The translations under genes and the position numbers were made by a program. From contig NC_043011.1 of NCBI RefSeq assembly GCF_006345805.1, positions 2,790,001 through 2,854,000 on the forward strand: 64,000 nt of DNA, written 5' to 3'. The stretch comes from Octopus sinensis (lineage: Eukaryota). The notes beneath the pieces were generated by a model, which saw only the letters and a list, made by a program, of their open reading frames with translations, had not been told where the DNA came from and searched no databases. This document shows positions 51,547-64,000 of the stretch, piece after piece. Positions within the stretch are counted from its first letter, which is position 1. Each line of letters opens with the position of its first letter.

Positions 51547-53188
51547 GTTTTAAATATACATATGCATGTATGTATATGAATATGTATGTATATGTATGCA
51601 CTCACACACACACACACACACATGTAAGTGGGGAGGGGTTGCACTTGGCAACTTTTATCCACATTTGCTGATTCTTCGGTCACCACACTTTCTTGAACAT
51701 GTTACCTTGAGGATACATTATGGCTCCTCATCCTCATCACATATTTTTGAATTTTCCATTTGCACAAATGTCTAGATGTTTCCCTACATAGAAATGATAA
51801 ATCTTTAATTTGCTTTTTGTGTACTCTCGTACATCTGGTTAGTTTTGTTTCTATTTCTTCAATGTAATTCTCATTGTAGTGTGGGGATGTAATGGAGTAT
51901 ATTTTTGCCTTGCAAATCATGCTTTCATTCACCTTCAGTTCATTCTCAGTTTTGAATCTTTTAGTTATTCTTTATTCTGTTAATTCATATGTACCATAAC
52001 AAGGCTTCCCACAGTTTTCTACCTGCATTATTTCCTTCTCAGATGTGAATCGCACCTCTGTTAGGTGTCTTTTAAGATTTGGTGGAAGTCTTTGGCATTT
52101 TATTATTTGTGATTCTTTAACTATTTGTAAGAAATTTTGGTAATTGATGTAGAACTGGGAGGTATCATTTGGCCAAAGGTAGAACGTTGGGGTTTTCTAG
52201 GATTAAGTGTGACTACATGTTGAACATTTATTTATATTTGTATTTGTTGTCACCCCCATTGTGAGTGTTTCTCTATTGAGCAGAGATTGAGATTTTGTTT
52301 TTCTTTGTTTATAGCATAATTTATTAAGTCTTTGAGGTACTTTTGCTTCTGTAGGAAGCACATACCCACACACAGACACACACACACACACGCACACACA
52401 CGAGTATGCAAGCACATATATGTATGTGTGTGCATGTGTACATACAAATAGCTCCAAGAAAGCTATAAAATATCCCATTCATAAATAGGAAGGAACAGAG
52501 TTATTGCAAATATGAATTGTAAAACAAAAAAGTCCCATTTATTGCATCACATGTCTTGATTACAATGAAAATTATATTGGCCAGCATGGTCACAATTAAT
52601 TGATTTGTTTAGAGTGCATCAGCAAAAAAAAAATCAAAGATCAATTTGTTAGAAATGTTTTGTGTTGTGAACATGTTGATATTTTCCAAAATAAAAGAAA
52701 AAAATCATCATTATGAAAGCAGGAAAATACTTTATAAGAATTCTGAATCTGAAACAAAACCTGCATTTAGGACAATTACTTCTATATGGATTACTTTGTA
52801 GCACGTGTATTTGGAAAACTGAAAACAACAAAAGCTCTCACACAAAAATTTCATTCCATAAGGTTTGTGTTAATCTGCTGTTTTAAAGACTTTTAATATA
52901 ATTAATAATTTTTAATTTAAGTAAATAATTTTTTACATCTATTATGACTATGTCAAGAAATTTGTCTAAAATTGTTTTAAATATACATATCCATTTATGT
53001 ATATGAATATGTATGTATATGTATTCACTCACTCACACACACAAACACATACACACACACACATGTAAGTGGGGAGGGGTTGCACTTGGCAACTTTTATC
53101 CACATTTGCCGATTCTTCGGTCACCACACTTTCTTGAACATGTTACCTTGAGGATACATTAGGGCACCTCATCCTCGTCAGATCTTTT
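51547..53188. repeat. Direct duplication of about 200 bp (51547-51747 and 52974-53188)
   Basis: The core from gtaagtggggagggg to ggatacatta differs at one position; the flanks are more diverged. Confidence 0.85.
51745..52190 (-). mobile_element. Penelope-like element remnant (GIY-YIG endonuclease region)
   Basis: LPPNLKRHLTEVRF...CGKPCYGTYEL...ICKAKIYSITSPHYNENYIEEIETKLTRCTRVHKKQIKD resembles the PLE C-x-S-x-N-x-IY...NYIGET...R...HxxQI motif. Confidence 0.65.
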
Positions 53189-53510
53189 CTTTAAGTGTCA
53201 CTCAAACCATCCATCTAGCACTGCATCGCTTCCTACCCATCTTCCTCACCATCCTTATCCCTCTCCAACTCTCTCTCTCTCTCTCTAACCCCCTGATGCT
53301 ACTTTTACCCTTTCCCTCACATTACCCCATTCCCTAACACTGTGTTAGTCTATCCCTTACTGATCTCCATCAAAAGTAAACCTATATAAAGACAACCAGA
53401 ACTGACATCGATCTTGACAAACCCTCCATCCCATGAAAGCATGGAATGTCAATGATATACATACAATGTAATGGGTACATCCTGCTCAACCCCAACTTCT
53501 CAATTCCACC

Positions 53511-53739
53511 TATTTCTTTACTACCCACAAGGGGCTAAATACAGAGGGGACGAACAAGGACAGACAAATGGATTAAGTCGATTATATCGACCCCAGTATG
53601 TAACTGGTACTTATTTAATCGACCCTGAAAGATGAAAGGCAAAGTCGACCTCGGCGTAATTTGAACTCAGAACGTAGCAGCAGACGAAATACCACTAAGA
53701 ATTTCACCCAGCATGCTAACGATTCTGCCAGCTCGCCGC
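53511..53739 (-). mobile_element. SINE family B, tail-1 type
   Basis: TSD cttctcaat(t/c)ccacc at 53496-53510 and 53740-53754. Confidence 0.9.
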
Positions 53740-54189
53740 CTTCTCAATCCCACCACTCAACTAACCCCGTCACCATTACCATATTGCTCCTTTCTCTTTT
53801 ACACTAACATCTTATATTACCATTCACCCACCTCTTTCCTCTGTTGCAGCCATTATCCCCCCACCCACCCACCAACATTTTTCATTCTACTATTCGCTAT
53901 TCTCTTCACTACCATCCTCTCACAGCAATAAATCCATTTTTATATCATACTTTTACTTCTACACTTTCAGCCATGGAGACTTCCTTTTAACTAATGAGCT
54001 AAAAGGCGACCCCCACCCCCCATGACTGCTGGTGCCATGGGAGAATGCACCCAGTACTTTCTTAAGAAGAGCATCCAGCCTTAGAAACCATGTCGAAATG
54101 GAGACGTTGGTGCAAGATATGGTGCTCTAACCTGCCAGATCCCATTGAACTATCCAACATGTGATTACATGGAAAACTAATGCTAAATC

Positions 54190-54335
54190 ATGATGATTAG
54201 CAATGTTGCTGATAATGATGATAATAATGGTGATGCAGCAGCAGCAGCTGCAGTAGCAGCAGCAGCAGCCGCAGTAGCAGCAGCAGCAGCTGCAGTAGCA
54301 GCAGCAGTAATAGTAGTAGCAGCAGCAGCAGCGTA
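54190..54335. repeat. (GAT)n/(GCA)n trinucleotide repeat
   Basis: Direct inspection; no splice context or flanking ORF support. Confidence 0.9.
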
Positions 54336-54500
54336 TGATGTTTATTTACTCACAAGGTATTTGTGTTTTCAATACTGCCCAATTTTAGGAAATGACAATA
54401 GAATCAAACCCAGAACCATGGCTGTGATCTGACCTGTTATTGTCTGTGTGTTTTATGAGTATCTATGAAGTATGTGTGTAATATTATGCAAATTATGAGA

Positions 54501-55251
54501 CATCATCATCATCATCATCATCCTCGTTTAACGTCCGTTTTCCATGCTAGCATGGGTTGAATGGTTCAACCGAGGTCTGGAAAGCCATGAAGGCTGTACC
54601 AGGCTCCAGTTTGGTCTGGCAGTGTTTCTACAGCTGGATGCCCTTCCTAACACCAACCACTCCATGAGTGTAGTGCGTGTTTTTTACATGCCACCGGCAC
54701 AGGGGCCAGGGGCGGCTGGCAAATGGCCACGATCGGTTGGTGCTTTTATGTGTCACCGACACGGACGCCAGTCAAGCTGCACTGGCATCTGTCACATTCG
54801 GACGGTGCTTTTTACGTATCACCGGCACAGGTATCTTAACTACAATTTCCATTTGATTTTTATTTTGATGTTGGTGTTGACGTACTTGATTCAATGGGTC
54901 TTCTCAAGAACAGCAGGTCACTCTACAATCCAAGGTTGGCACAGCAGGCCGTTCTGCGAGCCATGAGCTCACTTTATTTGTTGGGTCTTCACAGTCACAG
55001 CATATCTCAGAGGTCCCAGTCTTCATCATTTCCTCTTTGAGGCCCTACATGCCACCGGCACAGGTATCACAACTACAATCCATACGATTTTTTATTTTGA
55101 TGAATTTGACACAATAGGTCTCCTCAAGCACAGCAGGCCATCCCACAAGCCATGAACTCACTTTATTTGTCGGGTCTTTGAAGTCACAGCATATTTCCAG
55201 AGGTCTCGGTCTTTCGTCATAGCCTCTGTGAGGCTCAACGTACGAAGGTTA
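54501..55251 (-). mobile_element. RTE family R2 3' end with ORF terminus, containing a roughly 230-bp tandem duplication
   Basis: NLRTLSLTEAMTKDRDLWKYAVTSKTRQIK* (RTE-type terminal DRxxW motif), 3' UTR, (GAT)n tail. Confidence 0.8.
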
Positions 55252-55769
55252 TTTTTCCCATTTTTCCTTTTACTTTATCAGAATGTACTTAAAAATTTAC
55301 AGATCTTATGTTGGGTCTTAACACTGTCAGTTTGTATGATTGCAATGTCATGTTCTTTAAGATGATGAAATACTTTATTTTTGTAATTACACTTGTTTAG
55401 GGTATTAAACTTTGTCTTATGATATAAATTTCTTACGTCATTCATTGTTCTGGATTTTGCATGATGTACTTAGGTTTTTGGTATGTTGATTTTTTGATGT
55501 CATAGTATAATGCAAGACAAAATTGCTGCTGGAACAAGCAACATTCATCAGAAGATAATGGAATCTAATCTTTCTGTATTGCATTTTGCTAAGAGTCAAA
55601 GTCTGTTTAGTTAACACTATACTGAGGTGAGTTGATCAGCTATTTGTTATTTATAATTTCACTGCTTCTACAAGGAGATAGTATCCATCTTCTACAGTTT
55701 CTAGTAAATTCAATACTCATGTCCAATGATCAGCTAAAATCTCATTAAAAATGATATATATATATATAC

Positions 55770-56002
55770 GTGTGTGTGTGTATGTGTTTATGCTTGTGTG
55801 TCTGTGTTTGTATCCCCAGCATCACTTGACAACCGATGCTGGTGTGTTTACTTCCCCGTAACTTAGTGGTTTGGCTAAAGAGACTGAAAGAATAAGTACA
55901 GTACTAGGCTTGCAAAGAATAAGTCCTGGGGTCGATTTGTTCAACTATAGGTGGTGCTCCAGCATGGCCACAGTCAAATGACTGAAACAAATAAAAGAAT
56001 AT
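55770..56002 (+). mobile_element. SINE family A, 3' half only
   Basis: Starts in the internal microsatellite and ends gactgaaacaaataaaagaat. Confidence 0.85.
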
Positions 56003-57589
56003 GCAGAATTTTTGAAGACATGATTCATTAATAAAGTTTATATTGACTTGTATGACAAGTATTACTTGTTTTCATCAATATGATCGGGGTTTATCTTTTC
56101 TTTATCCTGTATGAAGAGTGATAAAGTAATACACAATCAATATACTGGGATTATGTTTTGTGACAGATACAAGAAATAATTTTGATTTTATTTATAAACA
56201 AAAAAATGAAAACCAATTGTCGTCTAGATATATAAATCCTGGTCTTACTACTTTATTTTTTAATAAAACAAAATATTTATTTCTGTTTCTTTCTTGAACT
56301 AGAATAATACGTAAGGGATATCTTTTGACAAATTGATGCTTAATCCTATCCAACAAGTAATCTACCACTGTGTAACTTTATCACAGAAGAAATTGGATTA
56401 TTCTCTTTGATCAGCAGATCAACAACTGAATTCTCTTATGGTCAGTGAAGTATTTTTTCTACTCAATTTACCACCAGAAAGTAAATATCCGAAACTTATT
56501 TATCTCCCAGTAATTGCCTCCCCTTCCTTGAAGCTTTTCATCAAACTTCATTCATCAAAAGGAAATCAACTTTACTATCACTTTACCATGTTTACATAGA
56601 AAGATTTGCCATTCCCACCAGATATTATCCTAAGATAGGTAGATTTTTCTTTTACACTGAATAAATTTGATTTTATATTATTAACATAAGATCTTAGATC
56701 AAATAACTTGAAGCAAAGTCAACATGTTTTCCCTTGGAGTAAAGACTGTTTGCTTTAAATTCTGGTTGGCTTTGCACAACAAACAAATGAAGTTTAAACT
56801 ATTAAAAGATGATATTGAAGTGGAGTAAGCAGCTACTTATTATTTGTATTTTTGTTGTTGTGGCAGCAAGGTTGGATCAATTCCTTGTATCTCTATAATC
56901 TCTTTTATTAAATCTTCTGTGTAAAATATTACTCTATAAAACCCAATGTCAAATCACTGAAGTCATATTCTCATTCTAGCTTGAGTTTTCTACATAATTA
57001 TCTTTTTCTTCTTTTCCTCCTTTTAATATTGATTCTACATTTAATATCGTTATGTAATAAAATGCTATATCCAATCTTAGTTTCACAATTGTTGCTTTTT
57101 TTTTAATTTGTCAAAATGTGGTAACATTTCACCAGTTTGGAGAAAGGGTGTAGAAACATTCTGTGTTTTGCAATCATAAATCAAATAATTAATTACTCTA
57201 TCCTTATGTAGGATTATTAATTAAAATATATTAAGTCAGATACACTTCCTAAAACTGATTTGTTTTTGTTTATGCAGTATTTATTTCTATTTTATGCTTA
57301 TATCCTTTCGACTGCACTAGCATAGACTATAGAGTCAGATGAGTCCATGTTGGTATGAATCAAGTGAATTCAGGACAGCAGTGATACATAGTTTAAATAA
57401 ATCTATGATATCTTCTTTTCTTAGTCATTTCTGTATAAGAGCAAAATATCTGGAAACTATAAAAAATATTTATGAGAGTAATCCTAGTTGAGTAATAGAC
57501 TCATAAGGTACTGAATTCAGGCAGAAAAGTGATGACTATGGAACTGGTGAATGCTTTGTCATAGATTGACACTGGTTATGAAGGGATGA

Positions 57590-57977
57590 TGGATGGAAGC
57601 ACTCCGTCGGTTACGACGATGAGGGTTCCGGTTGATCCGATCAACGGAACAGCCTGCTCGTGAAATTAACGTGTAAGTGGCTGAGCACTCCACAGACACA
57701 TGTACCCTTAACGTAGTTCTCAGGGATATTCAGCGTGACACAGAGAGTGACAAGGCCGGCCCTTTGAAATACAGGTACAACAGAAAGAGGAAGTAAGAGT
57801 GAGAGAAAGTTGTGGTGAAAGAGTACAGCAGGGATCACCACCATCCCCTGCCAGAGCCTCATGGAACTTTAGGTGTTTGTGCTCAATAAACACTCACAAC
57901 GCCCGGTCTGGGAATCGAAACTGCGATCCTACGACCGCGAGTCCGCTGCCCTAACCACTGGGCCATTGCGCCTCCAC
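57590..57977 (-). mobile_element. SINE family C, tail type 3
   Basis: Same head and body; TSD gaagggatga at 57580-57589 and 57978-57987; (TCCA)-like tail. Confidence 0.9.
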
Positions 57978-58733
57978 GAAGGGATGACGAAAGTTGAGAT
58001 AAAAGAGGTCATCTGCTGCTTTTGAGTAAGCTAACTGCGGTACATACTTGGATAAATGCTTCTAACCCTGGCATTGGTAGCTGATTAAATGAACTCATTT
58101 CTTATTACGTTATACTATTTTCCAGATATCTCTACAAGGCTTTTCAATTTCTTTTTGATACTGTCACATCATTGCTTCATAATGATAACTATCTGAAATG
58201 CGACATAGAGAATCTGACATTTTGATCAAATAAGTCAATATTAGTTCATTAACTGTTCTACAATGACACTAATTGGCTGAATATTTTCAAAGCTTAATAC
58301 TCACAAGGTAATTTCGCAATGACAAAATGAAAATGCCATCATTCTGTCTGACACTTGGATACTCGAAAATATTTTAAATCACTTAACTGATTATAATTAA
58401 TTCCTTCATTAAACACGACTGTTCTCTCTTTGTACATTACAGAAGTTTAACTGTTCACAATAGCTAAATTTAACTCTTTACATTACTCAAGTAGTTTATA
58501 TGTCTCTGTCTGTCTACAATGTTCCTAACCAATTATTCCCACCACCCACCTCCAAATATTCTCTAATGTCTCTTTTTTTTTTCAAGTTAATGTTTATCAA
58601 AATTTATTTATTTTCTCACTTACATTGTTTGCATTGATGCAAAATAAATGGATTTTAAACTTTTACTCAAAAACATTTAATTACAGTCTCAACGTTATTT
58701 ATTTTTTTCGTGTTGTTAGTTAATTCTTTTCAG

Positions 58734-58827
58734 TTCCGTTCAAGGAGAAGATCTACGTCTCAATTGTATAGTGTTAGACAGTTTAGAACAATTGCAAATG
58801 TTCTGGTTTACAAACGTCATAATTTAG
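58734..58827 (+). CDS. Candidate exon (SVQGEDLRLNCIVLDSLEQLQMFWFTN), reminiscent of Ig-domain B/C strands
   Basis: Strong pyrimidine acceptor ttaattcttttcAG; a second frame is also open to 58910; no good donor. Confidence 0.2.
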
Positions 58828-59676
58828 AATTGCCATGTTGTAGTTATTGTGGTGCAGAGAAAAGAGTGAAGTGCTTTGTAAAAGAATTTAGACTCTTTGG
58901 AAATATATAAATATGTTTTATTAATTCCTACAAGGATTATACTGTGTCACTACCAATCCAAAGAGAATATCCAATGAAAGTGTTAAGAGAGATGAATAGC
59001 TAATATGTCTTTTTGGTAAACAAAAGTTTATAGGTTATATTTGGGTACATATATCAGTTTGTGCATGCAACACACTTAAATTGCTTGCAGTATGTATATG
59101 TGACTACATGTGGATTCATGTGAGAATTTTTCTTTATAGTATATACAAATAAATAATTGTGTGTATGAGAGCAAGATAAGTTTAGCTATTCAATAAATGT
59201 ATTCTGATAAGTGTGTGATGTAAATAATTTAGTTGGAATCTAAACTTGATATTACAATGGAGAAAGGATTTACTGAGGGCAACCAGTGTAATGCGCTTTT
59301 CTGGACTTGAGTAACCTTTTAGTCTTTATCTGGAGGACACAGTTGTTCTGTTATCCTAAAAGGGGTTGATGTGCAACTGCAATTGTCCAACTTTACATCA
59401 ATAAAAAATGTACTTGTTTCCATGAAAAACAAAGAAACAGTAAAAATATGCATTGAAAGTCAAGGTCCATGACTCATGGTTGAAAAATGGTTAGTGTCCC
59501 AAGAGTGTCCTAAGAGATTCTGTTATTCAATGGACAGCTACCTCTATTCATGAATTACAGAATTACAAAATATTTTCCATCCTGTAATGGTTTGTTATGT
59601 TGGTTAAAATGTATAAGTCAAGATATTCTTCCATTAACTTCTCAGTTTATTGAAAAGGTAACACATTGGTATTGTT

Positions 59677-59892
59677 AAGGTGGAGATTTGGCAGAATCGT
59701 TAGCTTAGTGGTATTTCGTCTGCTGCTACGTCCTGAGTTCAAATTCTGCCGAGGTCGACTTTGCCTTTCATCCTTTCGGGGTCGATTAAATAAGTACCAG
59801 TTATACACTGGGTCGATATAATCGACTTAATCCGTTTGTCTGTCCTTGTTTGTCCTCTCTGTGTTTAGCCCCTTGTGGGTAGTAAAGAAATA
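59677..59892 (+). mobile_element. SINE family B, tail-1 type, with a short deletion in the head
   Basis: TSD ggtattgtt at 59668-59676 and 59893-59901. Confidence 0.85.
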
Positions 59893-59969
59893 GGTATTGT
59901 TTACAGTAGTAACAGGTTACAACTAACTGAGTTACGTAACAATTTTAAATGACATTTGTAAGCCTAAAC

Positions 59970-60156
59970 CAACGGTTCCTAATCTTTTCACAGTGGTTCC
60001 CAGCCCTTTTATTTAAATGGGTTTTCCCACGAACCCCTTTTAATATTCTTACCATTATGTACATATATATATGATATTTTGGGTTTTGTTCATGGACCCA
60101 TAGTACTTCTTTTGCGGACCACCCAGGGTTCATGGACCCCAGTTTGGGAACCACTG
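59970..60156. mobile_element. hAT (Charlie/Buster-type) MITE, 187 bp
   Basis: TIRs caacggttccta / tgggaaccactg; perfect 8-bp TSD gcctaaac (central TA). Confidence 0.85.
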
Positions 60157-60401
60157 GCCTAAACAGTACATCAGTAGATCTAATCAGTAAGGTATGTTTC
60201 ACTATTCTTTTACTCCTTTACTGGACTACAAATGGACAGTAGCTAAGCTATGGCTCAACCTTCAAGGCCTTTAGCCAATTATTGCTAGCAGTTACTTTAT
60301 CATTCTCATATAGTTGGAAAGCCAAGTCAACATAGACAGGATTTGAACTCAGAATATTACTATAAAGTTTGTCTGATGCTCTTTTGATTTGCCATCAACC
60401 A

Positions 60402-60537
<136 letters not shown>

Positions 60538-60577
60538 ATCTGTGTTTATGAATATGTGTTTATTTTCTATTTATATT

Positions 60578-60843
60578 AAAATTGCTTTGCAAATGAGTAA
60601 GAAAGATAATGCAATGTCATAACCTTATATGGTTAATGGACTGGGGGGTAGTATGGTTGAATAACATTGTTTAAAGGTGTTAAGTCATGATGATGATGAT
60701 GATGTTGATAATGATGAGGATGATGATGACGATGACTTAACACCTTTATACATCTTTAATCAACCAAACTACCCCATCAGTCCATCAACCATATAAGGTT
60801 ATGGCTTTGCTTTATCTTTCTTATTCATTTGCAAAGCAGTTTC
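60578..60843. repeat. Diverged inverted repeat (about 110-bp arms) around a (GAT)n tract
   Basis: tgctttgcaaatgagtaagaaagataa...aaaggtgttaagtcat mirrored by atgacttaacaccttt...ttatctttcttattcatttgcaaagca. Confidence 0.85.
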
Positions 60844-62509
60844 TAAGTGAATAACAATTTTCTTGGATTATATTATTTATCTGAATTAAAATAGTTTTAT
60901 TTTATGCTTAGTGGTTTGAATCTTTGATTAAAAACATGTTAAGACACAAGCTACCAAGAGACCTTCTGTGCTCAAATTGCAACTGATGACAGCCAAATTT
61001 CTCACAACCATATCTTAACTTACCATCTTAAAGAAAGAAGGATATACATTGTTCTGTAGGCTTAGATCACTATTGCTAAAAAATTAAGAGGAAATGGTTA
61101 ACTATGGAATGTTGTATAGCATTGTTCTGCTTGACGAGGCTTACCTAAATTAAGTAACAACAGCTTGTTAAGATTTGTAAAATATTGTTATAACACGCAA
61201 TATGATGATTAGGCAGATTCATTTGTCATTCATTACATATATTTTAGTGAAGCATTCTTCCATATTTCTGCAACTTCTGGGACGGTAATACATTAGCAAA
61301 TAACTACAAACATTTCATTAGAATCTTTTCACATGAGCAATGTAATTAAGTTGAGTGAGATAATTTAGCAAAGCAAATTTCATTTCTTTCTAATGCTATT
61401 TCTGGTTGATGTCAAAATTCCAAGAGGTAGAACAGGTAGAGAATGTTATTATTAAGTTTCCTTCAAATTTTTACGTCTATTTTCAGCAAATTGAAAGTTT
61501 TCCTTTCCATAATTTTGTGTAATTGAAATCCATTTTCACCAATATTCTTTAAAACTAGCACTGTCTGTATTTCTTTGAACAATCTACTATTTTGGAAGAT
61601 ATGTCTATCAGTGGTTGTTGGACTTATTATTCTTATTTATGTTCAATTATGAACCGAATATTGATTTTGAAAACTGCCATCAATTTTCTAAATGCTGATT
61701 TATTTCTGTGATGCCACACTTTTATGTCCTGGTCAACATGGTAACAGATCACACTATCTCAATTTTCTCATGCAAAATAAAATTCTTCTTACCCGTGTCT
61801 TTCATAGAATGTACACACATAACTACTCAAAGAACTAATAAATATTTTTTTTTTTTTCAAGGACAATAAATGAATGCAAATCAATAAATTAACAATTGGT
61901 TTCTGATAAAGTTCTATCAAGAAGATATTCAATACAGACAACATTCTGATTTTCATGAAATGGAAACAAAAGCAAAATTAATCATTTTAAGTCTTCTGCT
62001 TTTTAATAACTGAATTAATGGTAGCACCAGTCAGCTCCCTTTGTTAGAATTTTAGTGTAGAGTGATTCCGGTGTTGGTGTACTAGTAGTTATGAAAGTAA
62101 AAATAACAAACATTTATGTTTGCAAATGTAGGGTTTCTTAAATTCACTATTTACTGTGAAAGTAGAAGAGAAATAAAACATGGACATAATACCATTAACA
62201 CTATCTCTCTTCCTTTGTGTCAGCATGAACCCAAATTGAAAAGAAATGAAATTTTTAGAGAATTTGGAATAACAATGGCGAAGTTGCTTGCTTTCTAAAG
62301 GAAACAAGTAAATACTGTAAAAAATTGGCAACTCGTCTAAAAAGTACAGTATACCATCTACAGTACAGCAAACAAACATTTCAGTACCTTAAAAAAGAAC
62401 TCACATCTTATCAGGATGTTATCTCTGAGAGGAATAGTTTCTACGAAGCTATTTCATATTGTACCTTCTGAAAAGAGTCTTCAGTTGGTTTCTATGAGTT
62501 ATCTTTCTC

Positions 62510-62667
62510 TCTCACTCACTCACTCCATCCATCCATCCATCCATCCACCCACCCACCCATACCCACCCACCAACCCATCCATCCATCCATCCATCCATAC
62601 ACCCACCCACCTACCCATACCCACCCACCTACCAACCCACCCATCCATCCATCCATCCATCCATCCA
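62510..62667. repeat. (CCAT)n/(CCCA)n compound microsatellite
   Basis: Direct inspection. Confidence 0.9.
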
Positions 62668-64000
62668 TTGTAAGTGCAACTCTTATTATGAACATGCCAC
62701 ATGTACAGAAGTACCAGTAAAATATCCTCCTCCTCCTCCCCATCATCCTCATCCTCATTATCGCCGACAATATTTTTGGTAAGTAGGTCAAAGGAACGAC
62801 AGTTCCATTTCCTAGACTCTTGAGAGCAGTACCATTACTATTCAGTTTCAACTTTTATAAGTTGACATCTGAAGTGAAAAGATTAATGTCTGGTAAAGTT
62901 CATGGGTTCATGGATTAGTACAGGGCCTGGGATGAGATGTGAGGCATAATAAGGATGGTGGCAACCAGGAAGATATGAGGATTAACTGTTCTTGAACAGA
63001 AAAAACACAAAGAGTGGAACAAAATGTCAGTGGGTAAGATGTAGTGCAGTACAGTAGTCAGGGTATATTTGCCATTCAATAAAATAACTTTCTTTTGAAT
63101 CTAGTGTACGATGATTTCATGTATAGCAGCACTTGAAGTAATTCATAAATTACTATCAGCACCAGTGACAACAACAAAGCCAGCCAACCAATTGAAAAAC
63201 CTTTATGATAATCCTTCCATCTACTAGAAATATTAAGCCACCAAATTTCCCTCAAACGCAGCCTACTATCTTAAAAGGAAGAGATGCATCACAGAATTTA
63301 GTCCAGCATACATAACATCCAAATAAAAGATGCAATTAAATGCAATTTAAATAAATTTTTTAAAATGCAATAATCCTAAATTAAATGCCTTTAGTCGTAA
63401 GGTGTGCTCAACTAGGGTTGATCCGAGGTCGAATAAAAACAATAAATACAGCAGCAACTGCAATGAAGAGGGAAGTTCTATGCAGTTGTTTGATCTGCTG
63501 GAAATGGTAGGTAAATTTCTCTCAAAGCATGCTGCAGTCTTAACAATTAAAAAGGGCAACATTAATAACAGAAAGAAACTCCTAATAATGCACAAAAAAT
63601 ACCAGTTAGTCTGAAGTGGAATCATAAATCTGCTCAATTATCATAGATTTCTCAATGGGGCTTGATATTGGGCTATATAACATCTTCGTCACAGCAATTA
63701 CAATTACTAAAAACATTATCATGACCACAATTATCATCAGCAGCATCACCCTACAGTCAATATTATAACCTGGAGCAAAGGAACTACTGTGGTCATCTGA
63801 ATTGCAAGAAATAACAACCACAATTCCTTCGATCATTCATTATTATCATAAAACAGAAAGGAAGCAGACATTGTAATGCTGAATATACAAAACAACAGCA
63901 TGGTCAGTGCAAGAATTGTTTCAATTAAGATTGCTGAGAGCAGCAGTGGAAGCTAAGCTGGCCCTGTAGCAGGGCAACCTAGTAAGGGTCAAAACTATAA

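Noticed and set aside
54190-54432. Poly-Ala ORF (MMISNVADNDD…AAAAA)
   Set aside because: A (GCA)n microsatellite with no splice or homology support
55506-55575. Candidate exon IMQDKIAAGTSNIHQKIMESNLS
   Set aside because: Good acceptor but weak donor, two plausible frames and no recognisable homology
2141-57977. tRNA-like sequences with A and B boxes
   Set aside because: All are SINE heads continuing into SINE bodies; no complete cloverleaf tRNA gene seen
61250-61750. Possible antisense hAT transposase remnant
   Set aside because: Only a vague CSCE motif; no continuous recognisable translation
62089-62379. Overlapping 96-aa (minus) and 60-aa (plus) ORFs
   Set aside because: No recognisable domain or consistent splice sites; length is within chance expectation

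Overview
AT-rich, microsatellite-dense eukaryotic DNA, almost entirely intronic or intergenic. The repeat complement (tRNA-headed SINEs with CORE-like or Ceph-like bodies, RTE LINEs, mariner/maT, Penelope-like elements) suggests a cephalopod, most likely Octopus; this is an inference and no database search was run. I found no identifiable intact gene, rRNA, true tRNA gene or CRISPR array. Most ORFs in the supplied track are translations of microsatellites or SINEs. Supported content: three SINE families (about 20 copies), 3' fragments of two RTE families and one HERO-like element, four mariner and two maT/DD37D remnants, two hAT MITEs with 8-bp TSDs, a head-to-tail pair of non-autonomous Helitrons, Penelope-like remnants, and a few weak candidate exons. 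The most interesting structures are: (1) a SINE whose TSDs all begin with GGT and which is stacked three times inside its own GGTATTTC site; (2) a roughly 480-bp foldback of Penelope-like repeats with hammerhead-ribozyme cores in both arms; (3) an RTE insertion with twin-priming-type 5' inversion inside a (CATA)n tract; (4) recurrent short inverted duplications bounded by (TA)n or other microsatellites; (5) one SINE head and body carrying three unrelated 3' tails. All coordinates were counted by hand and may be off by a few bases.
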